A stretch of 64,000 nucleotides of DNA from Nitrospirales bacterium (lineage in GTDB: Bacteria; Nitrospirota; Nitrospiria; Nitrospirales; UBA8639). The stretch covers positions 1,664,001 to 1,728,000 of the forward strand of contig CBDBCZ010000018.1 of NCBI GenBank assembly GCA_965203295.1, read 5' to 3'. The translations under genes and the position numbers were made by a program. Below, one piece after another: positions 1 through 12,307 of the stretch. The notes beneath the pieces were generated by a model. The model searched no databases. It was given only the letters and a program-made list of their open reading frames with translations, and had not been told where the DNA came from. Each line of letters opens with the position of its first letter. The stretch's first letter is position 1.

Positions 1-229
1 ATGATGAAAATGATGTCACTTGTCATTGTAATCTGATCCCACCCCTTTAATTGGGGTAAGTCATGGCTATATACCCTTACGTCATGCATGTACACAAATT
101 CTAAATGGAGGTGGTTCCCGAAACATTCTCCAGTTACTATGTTGAGTCCCTTGATAGCAGACGATAGACTCAAAAATGTACGACATGTCAAGTATTGTAG
201 TCCCAAAACACTACTTCGAGGTCTATACC

Positions 230-311
230 TAGCCTCGTTCCCAGGCTCTACTGACCAGCTTTTTCCGCACGTAGTAAAATAAGCGGTCAGTAGAGCCCGG
301 GAACGAGGCTA
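230..311. mobile_element. Short palindromic MITE with TAGCCTCG termini and 9-bp TSD (second copy 43056-43137)
   Basis: TIRs tagcctcgttccc / gggaacgaggcta; flanking direct repeat gtctatacc at 221-229 and 312-320. Confidence 0.85.
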
Positions 312-803
312 GTCTATACCTACATTCTCTGACATCTGCAATTCAGGTAGTCAACATATTCTTTGCAGTGAAGAGCTACATTATTTGTCATACACTCATG
401 CACTTTAAAGTGCCTTTTGTTCAAAGCATGTACTTTCCAGTACTCGATTTTAGGTTGGCCCACTATGGCTCTCAGCCCTTCAAATTATCTCCAGATTACT
501 TGTAGCAACATTGCATATATATGCTGAAACATGCATGCAGTACTGCTATTGTTCTATGCAAATATATTTACACTAGTGCTATTATGTATTCACAAAATCT
601 GTTTTGTTTTAAAAACTTATTTCGTTGATAGTCATCAGTGATGTAATGAAAATGATGTCACTTATAGTAATCTGATACCACCCCTTTAATTGGGGTAAGT
701 CATGGCTATATACCCTCACGTCATGTAGAATGTGAGAATATTTTAAAAGGAAAATCAGTTGTCAATCTCATACAATCATAGCATTGCTATTGCAAGAAGT
801 GGT

Positions 804-3244
804 ATGGCTCTCACAACGTTGTTTGCTCTTCTGAGTGTGTTGGTGATAGTTGAAGGAAGTATCACTCAATGGAATACTGGCTACAATGATAATTCACATT
901 GTTCTGATACTTGGTTCTTCACAAGACAGTTCGACAATGGAAGCACTGCTTGTGAGTGTGGTAGTGATCTTGGAGAAGTAATAAGATGTGATGAAGCTTC
1001 TGGTCAGGTAAATGTATTTGAAATCTACTGTATGAGTTATGACAATGATAACGTATCTCTGGTAGTTGGGAAGTGCTACTTTGGTTCCCGTCATACATTT
1101 CACAATGAAAACTTATCTAAGTGGTATTCTCTGCCATCTGATCCTTCTCTATTAAATCAAAGATGTGATAGTTATGGTCGAACAGGGCAGCTGTGTGGCA
1201 AGTGGGTACGCACCACTAGTGTATTCATACAGTCTCAGTTGTGTAGAGTGTGCAGACTACGGCTATAACTGGATGAAGTATGTGGCAGCTGCATTTTGAC
1301 CACTTACAGTATTCTTTCTTGTGGTGATCATTTTTCGAGTAAGTGTAACTGCAGGACTATTGGATGTTTTTATTTTATTCAGCCAGTTGATAACTTTTTC
1401 TGCTGCAATGCACCCACTTTATTTTAACCGTTGGAAACAACAGGCTGCTACCTTAGCTGTGTTCAGTTTAGTATCAATATATGGCATTTGGAATTTAGAC
1501 TTCTTCCGCCTGCTGTATCCACCATTTTGTATGCACCCTAAGACAACCACACTCCATGTCTTAATTCTAGACTATGCCATAGCTGTCTACCCTCTTGTTC
1601 TAATTGTTACTTATATTTTGGTTGAGCTTCACGATCACAATTTTAGATTAATTGTATGGCTCTGGAAACCTTTTCATCGTTGTTTTGTTAGTTTTAGAAG
1701 AGAGTGGAATATTAAAAGCTCTTTGATAGATGCCTTCTGTACTTTTCTTTTGCTTTCATATTTCAAGTTTCTTAGTGTGTCATTTGATGTTTTGGTTCCT
1801 GTGGTACGCACCACCAGTGTATTCATACAGTCTCAGTTGTGTAGAGTGTGCAGACTACAGCTATAACTGGATGAAGTATGTGGCAGCTGCATTTTGACCA
1901 CTTACAGTATTCTTTCTTGTGGTGATCATTTTTTGAGTAAGTGTAACTGCAGGACTATTGGATGTTTTTATTTTATTCAGCCAGTTGATAACTTTTTCTG
2001 CTGCAATGCACCCACTTTATTTTAACCGTTGGAAACAACAGGCTGCTACCTTAGCTGTGTTCAGTTTAGTATCAATATATGGCATTTGGAATTTAGACTT
2101 CTTCCGCCTGCTGTATCCACCATTTTGTATGCACCCTAAGACAACCACACTCCATGTCTTAATTCTAGACTATGCCATAGCTGTCTACCCTCTTGTTCTA
2201 ATTGTTACTTATATTTTGGTTGAGCTTCACGATCACAATTTTAGATTAATTGTATGGCTCTGGAAACCTTTTCATCGTTGTTTTGTTAGTTTTAGAAGAG
2301 AGTGGAATATTAAAAGCTCTTTGATAGATGCCTTCTGTACTTTTCTTTTGCTTTCATATTTCAAGTTTCTTAGTGTGTCATTTGATGTTTTGGTTCCTGT
2401 GAGTATCTTCAATATTCATGAAGAGAGAAACGAAAAGTATTACCTCCTCTTTGATGGATCAGTGGTCCATACTTTGGCCCAGAACACCTCCCATTTGGCA
2501 TACTGGCACTTGCAGTGCTTCTTGTGTTTAATATCCTTCCTTTGGTGATGTTGTGCCTGTATCCGTGTCGGTGCTTTCAGAGGTGTCCAAATTATTGCAG
2601 AATTCGAGGGGAAATACTTCATATATTTATGGATTCATTTCAGGGTTGCTACAAGAACCGGACAAATAATACTTGTGACTGTCGGTTGTTTTCAGCATTT
2701 AATACGAATTGCTTTGAGTGCAGTATATGGCATGTTTCCAAGTAATAGGTTCATGATACCATGCGCCATTTTCTTATTGCTTGTTTTACTATTTCTACTT
2801 GCTGTACTCCATCCTTATAAGTTCCCTGCTCATAATATTATCATCATATGTCTGCTTTTTATAGTATGCCTATTTGGTGTTTCAAGCACTGCTGATGTTA
2901 TAGCATACAGTACAGATTCTTTTTTTGTACAACACAACATTAGGAAACTAACAGATTACATAACCACAATATTTTCTGTAATTCCACTCTTGTTTTTAAT
3001 TACCCTAATGTTGTATAAATGCTTCAGTCATCGAAGATGCACTAAAATAATCTGTCAAAGGAGCTGTGCTTTAATGCCGTGTGGAGGTTGTAGTGCAGTG
3101 GCTCACTCAGGCTCAGAGGAATCACTGGCAGACAGGATCGTCAATGCAGAGCAGTATACAGCCCTCCTCTCTGAACCGTTCAATGAAAGTGAGGAGTCTG
3201 ATGGTGGTATGCATAGCATTGAGTCAGATACTATCAAATTTTGA
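804..3244 (+). pseudogene. Single-exon signal-peptide + Cys-rich ectodomain + multi-pass membrane protein (GIWNLDFFR-motif family), disrupted
   Basis: MALTTLFALLSVLVIVEGS signal; CECG and GRTGQLCGK Cys motifs; several hydrophobic helices. Frameshift near 1203, in-frame TGA at 1297-1299, 598-bp internal duplication, frameshifts near 2470 and 2700. Confidence 0.85.
1203..2399 (+). repeat. 598-bp tandem duplication inside the membrane-protein pseudogene
   Basis: 1203-1800 repeated at 1801-2399; single copy in the paralog near 44030-44628. Confidence 0.95.
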
Positions 3245-4624
3245 TGCTGATATTGTATTTGTGTGGTACTAGGTTAATTGTTGAATTGTACGTACATTTA
3301 CCATTAATTAATGATGTATTTACTTAAAATGAGCATTGAGCCAGACATTGATGATAAAATTGTTTTTGCTGTATTAAAGGGTTGTCAAGTTGTGTTTGAA
3401 TTGTACAATTATATACCAATTGATATTCCCAAATTCAAGTGTGTAATGTACTGCGTAAAATCCCCATTTGAGGGGGTCATTGTTTTGGTCTCTTTTATAT
3501 TTTCCAGACTTAAAATAAGTCAAATTGAGATATTATTTCGCCACATAGCCAAGTATCCTCATGCAAATCTTTGCCGTTGTAAAAAAATCTGTGTTATATT
3601 TATACAATTTGCCTGTTATCCTATTATATTGCTGTAGTTTTCATGTATGTAGTACTCACATACACAAACAGTGGACCATGAGCTTTAAAATACAAGAGTG
3701 GGCAGTAATGAGGATCTTTGAATCAACATTACTTTTCTTGGCCTTGATGCTAGGCTGGAGCGCCCCCTCCCCCAGTTGTACAAGTTAGTCTAGCTAGTTG
3801 GCAGCAATTGGAGTTTCCACAGTAAAACCCAAACTACGAAACAGTAATGAAGCACGCCATATTTGGATCAGGGAAATAATAAGGCAATAAAATGAGATGA
3901 TTGCTGCTGCATGTAGCAGCTATTGTTGTTTTCTCTGCATTTTTCACTCATCCTGTGTAGTTGTTATTGAAACAGCAATTAATAATTCAGTTAAGAATCA
4001 CCAGTCTTGACTACACTTTCGCTAAAATTGGAAATTAGCAGTATATAGTTAGAAGTTTGCTGGGTTACTAACTAGCTATTTTTTTTATTTAAACACCGTA
4101 GTTATCATAGCTCTTATGAATGTGGTAGTGTACTTGGAGGTGCAGTGTTGTGGTGATAATGATATCTATGTCTATGTATGAATGAGGATATTTTGGGTAA
4201 GCACTTATGATTTACCATGCTTTCGTAAGTTGATGCAGTTATATACAGAAGTGTGTTTCAAGCCACTCTGCATTAAGAAATTAAACCATGGCAAATGGTC
4301 AGTATGGAAGAGTAGGGGAGTCACCAAAATTCCATACTGCAAATAGAGATGAAGGTGAATGGTACACATTCGAATTAAGCATGACTCACACCTGAATCCA
4401 ATACAGGCAGGGTTTCCAGAACCGTGCACACACCTATCCTAAAATTACGATTGTTAGTGTAGTGTAAACAACAACACATTTAGTGTACTTCATCACACAA
4501 TTAATTAAATTGCTTTAAAGAAGCTTTACCAAGCAACTATGTATGTTAGGGAAACCAAGGCTGTTTTCCGTCAAATGAGCTTAATAAAAGGAAAATCAGT
4601 TGTCAATCTTTGTGTTGTGGTACC

Positions 4625-5030
4625 ATGGCTCTAGTGATTGCTCTTCTCAGTGTGTTGGTGATAGTTGAAGGAAGTACTACCACTCAATGGCAGAACAAGC
4701 AAGTATATCACCACTCTATGAATACTAGTGGTAATGATACTTTAAACTGTTCTAATACTTGGTTCTTCACAAGGCAGTTTGATAATAGGAGCAGTGCTTG
4801 TGAGTGTGGTAGTGATCTTGGAGAAGTAATAATGTGATGAAGCGAATTCGAAATCAAACACTGCATAATTATAATAATGGATTCGTTTCAGGGTTGCTAC
4901 AAGAATCGGACAAGTAATACTTGTGACTGTCGGTGGTTTTCAGTATTATATCTGATGACACGGATTACTTTTGTTGTATTATATGGAATACTTCCAAGTA
5001 ACCATTTTGTGATACTGTGGATCATACTCC
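4625..5030 (+). pseudogene. Internally deleted paralog of the membrane-protein gene, cut off by the LINE (copy 46852-47257)
   Basis: MALVIALLSVLVIVEGS...CSNTWFF...CECGSDLGEVI joined directly to MDSFQGCYKNRTSNTCDCRWFS. Confidence 0.85.
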
Positions 5031-6815
5031 TTAACATCCTTCTTAATGGTAATGCCAATCCCAGCCTTCTCGACCTCATCTAACAGCTGATTGATAAACA
5101 TGGGAAAGAGGATAGGCAACATTCTACAACCCTGTGCCACCCCCTGACCTATGTTGAATGCATTAGATATTTCTCCCTCGGATCCAGTAAAACAGCACTC
5201 TGTGTGTTGTCATACATATTCTTAGTGATTATCTCTCCACATTCTACCCCTAACACCAAGCTCCCATAACTTCAACCATAAACCATCATGCCGAACTTTG
5301 TCAAATGCTTTCTGAACATCAAGAAAAAAGTGTAAGTGCGCTTTCTTTCCCTCATTCTACCTTGTACAATTTCATTTAGAGTAAAGATGTTATCAACACA
5401 ACTTCTTTTAAACTCTCTATATCCTGCCTGACCCTCATAAAGAGCCCTTTCTGATTCTAGTTGGCTTACTAACCGATTATTTAGAATCTTGCAAAACAGC
5501 TTTCCTACCACATTCAATAGTGTAATGCCTCTGTAATTACCCAGGTCCTCAGTATCACCTTTCTTATACGTACAAGCTAACAATTAACCCTTGTCTCCAA
5601 TGTTTAGGAATACTCTCCTCTGTCCAAACTACCCCATACAAGACTTTCAACAGATTAGCCATCCCTTTGCCACCGTACTTAAAAAGTTCCCCAACTAGCC
5701 CATCATTACCTCCTGTTTTATTATTCTTTAGGCTTTTAGAACATTTTTTAATTTCTCCATAACTATTCCCTCTATCCAAAACCTTATCCTTCTGCAAAAT
5801 AAATATTTCACTATACTCTGTCACTTTCTTTTCTATAAGCTCTTTCCAGCTATAATCAAACTGATCATCCAACAATCTGTACGCAACCTTTCATAATGCT
5901 CACGTAATACTTCCAAATTTCCCTCAGTACTGGTTACACATGAACCTGAACGATTCCTCAAAGAAGCAATACCCTTACGACTACCTTTTGAAGTCCTGCT
6001 AACAAATGCCCAAAACTCTTTCCTGTTTTCATGAAACCTTTATTAGCCTTTTCAATCACCTCATTCCAAATATCTAATTTTTTCTTACGTACCAATTCCT
6101 TGATTTCTGAATGTAATTTGTAATACTCTCCCCATTTATCTTCCCTGCCACTTCTAATCTCCTTATAAATCTGTCTTCTCAACCTAATCTTCTCTTTAAT
6201 CTCACCATCCCACCACGCCGCTTTGCCACACACCATCACCCTTTCCACAATTTCTTTTGATGCTACCCTCTTGACTGTCTCTTCCCAATCCTGAACCACT
6301 GCCTTCACTAATTCTGAGTCTTCCATTTGCGTACCCTTCCTTGAAACCCATCTACTTCTACACTTATGGCTTCCTGATACTTCTGTCGCACTTCCTCATC
6401 CTGAAACCGTTTGATGCGCCATTTCATAATCACCCGCTTCTGTTGTTTAGTGGATTTTACAGTCCTACCCAATTCCATCCATACCAGAAAGAGATCCAAT
6501 TTACCTACATCCACTGTATCTACCTGCACACTCCCTGAAACCTGCAACAAGTTGGAATCAGTAACTATAATCAATGATAGACTTTTGCTTCAGAGAAGGT
6601 CTAGCTCTAGTCCACTGTGGTTCCACAGTGAACTCACGGCCATTACAGACTACAAGCTCAACCTCATTTAAAAAGGAAATCAACCTGTTGCCGCTCACAT
6701 TACATTTTCCTTCACCAAACATACCTATTACATCATCTAATTCTGGAGATCTTTCCACTCTAGCATTAAAATCACCTAGAAGCACAACCTGACCCCTCTC
6801 CTTCATACGAAGCAC
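5030..6815 (-). mobile_element. LINE ORF2 remnant (APE endonuclease + RT, RTE-like), frameshifted (copy 47257-49042)
   Basis: VVLLGDFNAR, IGMFGE..CN..G.RL and SIIDY (EN); YRGITLLNVVGKLFCKILNNRL, QAG.R..RSCVDNIF and GVAQGC (RT), split across frames. Confidence 0.92.
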
Positions 6816-6844
6816 ATGCTCAAACTAATTAAAAGGTGGAGGTC

Positions 6845-7650
6845 AGATCAGCCTGGGTGGTTTTTTTAAAAATCCCAAGAAGGGTTTCTGTCTGGAGGCC
6901 CACAGGATTTCTGAAGCACTAAGGCTCATAAACAAAGACTCACAAGTGAATAGCAATAATCAGACAGCTGCTTGAAATGAAGGATAACTAATTTTTTACT
7001 TAGGGCATACATCTAGATTTCCACCACGTTGCCAGTTTATCAGCCTATCCAGGAAAGCTTCTGGCAACATTCAGGTAGTGGCTGTATTCTCCACAGTAGG
7101 AACCAACATGACATGTGTCACACTACTCCAATAATTGGAGCATGGATGTCCCGTGCATGGTTGATGTATGTGACACATACGCTGCATCCATTCTGTACAA
7201 GTAGAGTGCCACTGTATATAGTTGTAGAAATTCTAGAGGTTGTGAAACTTAAGGCTCCACAGTACAGTTTTTAAGGGACTGCAGGTAATTTGGGGTAATA
7301 GGACCAGAACAACTATATTCCAATAATTGGAGCTTGGATATCACATGCATAGTCTATATTGAAGCTCCAAAATTGGAGTACAGTGACACTAGCCATGCCA
7401 ATTCCTATTTTGAAGGATACAGGAAGATTATCAGAAACTATACGATCAGATATATATACTGCTTGCTTTCCACATGGTAGGAACCAGCATGATTTGCCTT
7501 GTGAATCACCTATCCTGGGTGTATAGCTTCTGGTAATCTTCATGAACTGCTTGCATGCATTCAGCACAGTAGGAACCAGCATACCATCAGTGACATTACT
7601 CCAATAATTTGAACTTTCAGTTTAGATCAACCTATGTAGGTGGTTTCTTA
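6845..7650 (+). repeat. Diverged satellite-like repeat with recurring CTCCAATAATTGGAG palindromes (related block 40700-41760; duplicate copy ~49070-49880)
   Basis: Motif or variants near 7125, 7318, 7365, 7599, 40832, 41080 and 41403; sub-block order is permuted between the two loci. Confidence 0.7.
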
Positions 7651-9039
7651 AAGGTGTGGTGTGTGGACGTGGTCAATGACATAAGCGCTACGGCAGCGAC
7701 ATGATTAGTATTATTATCAAGCCTCCATTGTATATACTGCAATGTACGTCAGGCCACTCTGCAATGTTCAGTGTGGGTGATTGTTTAGGTATTTGGCTGG
7801 AGTGGGTGTAATACTGGGGCACTCGCCTTTGCATGCATTCCATTGGTCTGATGTTTGCACCTCAGTCTTGTTGTTGTAACAATTGTTCAAAAGCTTTGAT
7901 CCATGAGCACATACATGTAGGTATACTGTAGGCACGTGCAACTTTTTGCATGCTGTTTCATGTTAACTGGGGTCTATAGTGGAAGTGGGTAGTTGGCATT
8001 ACTGCAGTAGTGTGCTTAATGCACAGGCTCTGGTGCATGTCTGGTCTATGCTTTTTGTATTGCAAACAACAAAAGCTACTGTGTAGAATGGATGCAGGAT
8101 CTGGGTGTGTAGCTGAAGATTACCAGAAGCTATACGCCCAGGATCATAGCTGATTCACAAGCTACACAGCTACTATGTACGCAACTGTGACCTTAATTTG
8201 ACATTAGTGTGGATCACCATCGATGATGGAGGGCTGTTAGCTTTGTTGCCAGCTGTCCTCAGCTTTTTATGAAGACATTAAGTAGTTTTGGCAGTAAAGA
8301 TAGCACTAAAATCTTTATAAACTTTGATGGCCTAGTTCATGCTAGCAAAAATTACACTGGTCTCACAAACATTACTTCCCATTTTTCAGAAGCAAGACAG
8401 TCCCTCTCCTGTCCTTGCTGTCTTCAAAGCCTCACTGCATTGGGGCCGTAGTAGCTGCTTTGCCATCTCTCAAACTACCCCACCAGGGGACAGACTAGAT
8501 ACTGAAACTGTATAAGAGTTGCCACGCTACAACAGATGAGCAGTACTCAGAGGGAGAGAATAGGTGCTGAGATTGCAGAAAGAAAAGGTTGGGGGGGGGG
8601 GGGGGGGGTAGGCTGCAATATGACAGAGAGGGCCTCAGAGTGCGGTGGGTGTTGTTAGCCAGAGTGGAGCTGTATGCAGACCAGGCCTTACGTGCTGGTG
8701 CAGTGCAGTAACTAGCATTGATCAGATTTATTGAGCCAGTTTGCAGGCTGTTTTTCAGTGAGCTAATGCTTGAAATATGTTATGTCTTACAATGAACTTA
8801 ATATTAGCTTTCACAGTCCACCATTAGTTATCAGATTTGTTTTCGTAGGATCTGTACCTAAGTCTTTTCTGACACTTCAGCTATGAGGATTTCGTTAATG
8901 GTGCGTGAGGACTACATTACATGGGCATTGAATGTGCTAATAATGGTTTATGGGATAGTCATGCACAGAAGGTAATAAATAATGGAAAAAAAAAGTGAAT
9001 CAAATTACATGGGTTTTTAAGTATTACTAGTGGGTTTAG

Positions 9040-9396
9040 GTAATATTTAGATACCAGTTGGCAGTGCATTACGTGATATAGTAGCGCGCGAGGACAATTA
9101 AGTAACGGTCGAGGGCGGATAATGCACGAGCCGAAGGCGAGTGCATTATCCGCCCGAGACCATTACTTAATTGTCCTCGCGCGCTACTATATCACGTAAT
9201 GCACTGCCAACTGGTATCTAAAGTATTTAGTTCACTCACTGACCTGAGACAGCCACGGTTCTGTTGGGCGTTATTTAGAAAAGTGTGCACTAATTTTGTT
9301 AATGCACACTTAAGTGTGCATTAAGCGATTTAACGTGCGGTCATGTGATCGAGTTTGAGACTTCTGATTCGTCGAAGGTCACGTGAGTAGCACTAA
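9040..9396. mobile_element. Giant-hairpin insertion element, no TSD
   Basis: Absent at the paralogous site (gggtttag|tggcta, ~51251). Near-perfect palindrome 9046-9222 centred on GCCGAAGGC; ttagttcactcac (9227-9239) is inverted to the terminal gtgagtagcactaa. Confidence 0.9.
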
Positions 9397-9435
9397 TGGC
9401 TATATAAAGCCTGCCTACTGCTCCTCTGCCAAGGG

Positions 9436-9509
9436 GCTCCAGTAGCCCAGTGGTAAGAGGATCTTGACTATTGTTCAGAAGGTCCTGGGTTCAATCCCCA
9501 GCTGGGTCC
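9436..9509 (+). ncRNA. tRNA-Thr-derived element, degenerate anticodon arm (copy 51291-51364)
   Basis: A box TAGCCCAGTGG, B box GGTTCAATCC, T stem CTGGG/CCCAG, followed by a T run. Confidence 0.75.
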
Positions 9510-11933
9510 TGTTTTGGGAGGAATTTCTTTACTCTCCCAGAAAGCTTATCATCTCAAAGAGTTTACAATGAGTCAGCAGAATATGATGTGAAAATTTAAG
9601 CAAGTACAAGTAGCACCATACACTGTAGTTGCTCCTGAGTATGAAATTAGTTCACTCCGGTGGTCGTCCAGTAATCCAGCTGCCATGTGTATTTCAATCG
9701 AACATGTGAGTCCTCGATCGCTGTCCATGAAAGACAGCTTGAGGGCAGGGCATAAGTGTACATACATGGTTAACTAGCACTGAACTCAAGATTCATTTCT
9801 CGTAGGTGCAAGACGGTTTCAGAAGAAGCCTGGATCAGCTGTGGCTCAGTATGTACAACAGCCAAGGCCTGCTTCATATCTCAAGTGGGACGGTAGGTAG
9901 AATATTGCATGTCAATGTAAACATCAAAGAGTGGGTAAAATGTAGGTCATGCACCCATTGGTGGTTGTGTATTAGCAACTGCTGTGCCTATTTAATAGTT
10001 AGCATGTTACTGTATTACACTGCTACCGGGTATTTTTGGGGAAAAATGTGGAAGGGGGCATTGCAATAATGTTACATAGTCATACTGTGCTGAATGGAGA
10101 GCTCGTTAATAGCCTGAACTTGCTGTGTGAGCCTCTCAGCTACCTTCATTTTGGCTTGCTATGATCCACATGAAAAAGAATGCTATCATTGTATGTCTCC
10201 AAGTTTGTGTCTCAGCAATGCAATGCATGACCAACAAGCAACTAAATGTATGCACTGTAAACTGCTACGTGTACTTACAAGACTACATATATTCATACTA
10301 AATCAGTTTGTTTCATCGTGTGACTGAAATGACCCCTTATTGATTAGGTCAACTTTAGCCTGCCTCGTACCCATTTGCGTTCAAGGATAATATTTTGCTG
10401 ATGGATTTAGCTTGGGAGATAGATTACGAATACTTGCAACAGCGCAATTATTTAGGGGGTTACACATAATATTATGCCTCATTCCAAAGCTCCACTCCCC
10501 CATGTTAGGCATACATACTACATTCGCACTCCTCATTCTGCATGGATGGTGAATATTTGCATCCATGGGTTCTATACACACTGTGGAATACAGCACTCCA
10601 AGAAGCGCATGAGCCACTCATAAGCTACTGGTATTACTATAGCCTGGTTTCTGTGAATATGAACATATCTACTTGCTATTGTACTACAGTTCTTATGTGG
10701 TTGGATATTAATTGTCTTCACCATATCTGGTCCCTTAAAAGTTATTCCTGTACTAGAGCATATTTGCATTTATTGACACTACTGTAAACAGGCAACAATT
10801 TCCAATCAGATAGTGTTACATCTATAGCCTAGTAATCAAAGTAGCACTGTGCGGTAACGATTAGCCTGAGGGTACATGGTATAGCACGTGTAGCTACTGC
10901 ATAATCTACAAAAGCAAGTGTTGCTACAGTTTCATTCAAATCAGCACTAGAATTGAATTACTTCCCCTTGGCTCTAACTGCCGGCGGCAGTCAGAGCCCA
11001 GGAGGTGTTGTGTCACTGTGCTGCTGGGGAATAAATTCTGTACAATTTTAAAGGACGACCGCAATAACATAGACCAAAAGCTAGTTGAAGCTCAGATTAA
11101 TGTAGTAGAGTTTCCATTTATTATATACCCAAATCTTCCTTGCACAGAGAATTTTGTTTATTGTATTATAAAATGGACAATGTACCCGCAAATACTTCAA
11201 ATGTTGAATCAGATGCTGTATTAAATCAACTAAGAAATTAACGTCTTTACCAGTAATTTACCGTAGAATCGGGAGTATAGCGACCTGTCACAGTCAATTT
11301 GGTCCACTTTCAAATTCGTTCCCCCCGGAACAAATTTTTCAGAAATATATGGCAACCCCCCCCCCCCCCGGCTTGCACATGCAAATTTGGATTGATTGCT
11401 TGCCACCTGTTTCAAGAAACGCAAGTCAGTGCCTGTCAGAGGTGTAGAAAAGATGCTCATGCTTATCTCGTATACATGTACTGTCTTTTGGATGGCTGCA
11501 ATGGCGGAGAGTGACAGCAAAAAGAGAGACCAGATACTTGATTATGCAATTCCCTAATTAGCCCATCATTACCTCCTGTTTGTTATTTTTCTGTGAACTA
11601 TCTTGGGTAGATATAGCAGTACTCCCAAATCCTAAAAAGGGTATTCTTAATTTTTTTCTACCTGTCTCTAAAATGCACTTGTGTTTGAATGGCCGCAGGG
11701 TTGTTCAAATGTGAACCCTATGGACAAAATGTGGTTAAGATTGTAGCAACAGTGTATCATGAAACCACATTACCATGTCTGTCGATTAAGCCTGCAAATT
11801 TGAGAATATGGAAAATACCTTGCCATGTTCCCTATTTTGTGTTTGGTCCAGCAAGCACCACAACTCATTGCCTCAATTGAATATTGCGTTTTATTGGCAA
11901 ATGGCTGTGTTCAGTTCCTACTGCTGAGTGCAT

Positions 11934-12142
11934 GGACACTCTCTAAATAAAGGACAAAGGCTGCCGTACCAAAGTGTCCGCTATTTGGAGAGTTGACTGT
12001 TGAGTCATTGAATGCTTATATTAAAGTTATTTTTAACATCATTTAAGCATGAATTTTACAAAACTCCCCAATAAAGGACACTCTCTGAATAAAGGACAAA
12101 AGCTGTCGTACCAAAGTGTACGCTATTTGTAGAGTTGACTGT
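11934..12142. mobile_element. Two partial Tc1/pogo-type MITE ends in tandem
   Basis: Repeated ggacactctct..aataaaggacaaa..gtaccaaagtgt..gctattt..agagttgactgt(a). Confidence 0.55.
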
Positions 12143-12307
12143 ACGAAACTTTATACTATATAAAACAAAAGCAGTTTCATACTCTCACTGAGAAAACATA
12201 CACTTGCATAGAAAGCAACATAAAACCTCAACTAAAATTATAATGTCATTGCACTACATTAGTTACTACAATCTGTTGCTAGTCGATTTTGCCAGTCAAG
12301 TGCACTG

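Noticed and set aside
1297..1299. In-frame TGA here (and at 35084) as selenocysteine or readthrough
   Set aside because: Both genes also carry frameshifts, and no SECIS-like element was seen.
7124..7620. CRISPR-like array of palindromic repeats
   Set aside because: Irregular 50-280 bp spacing, spacers related to each other, eukaryotic context, no cas genes.
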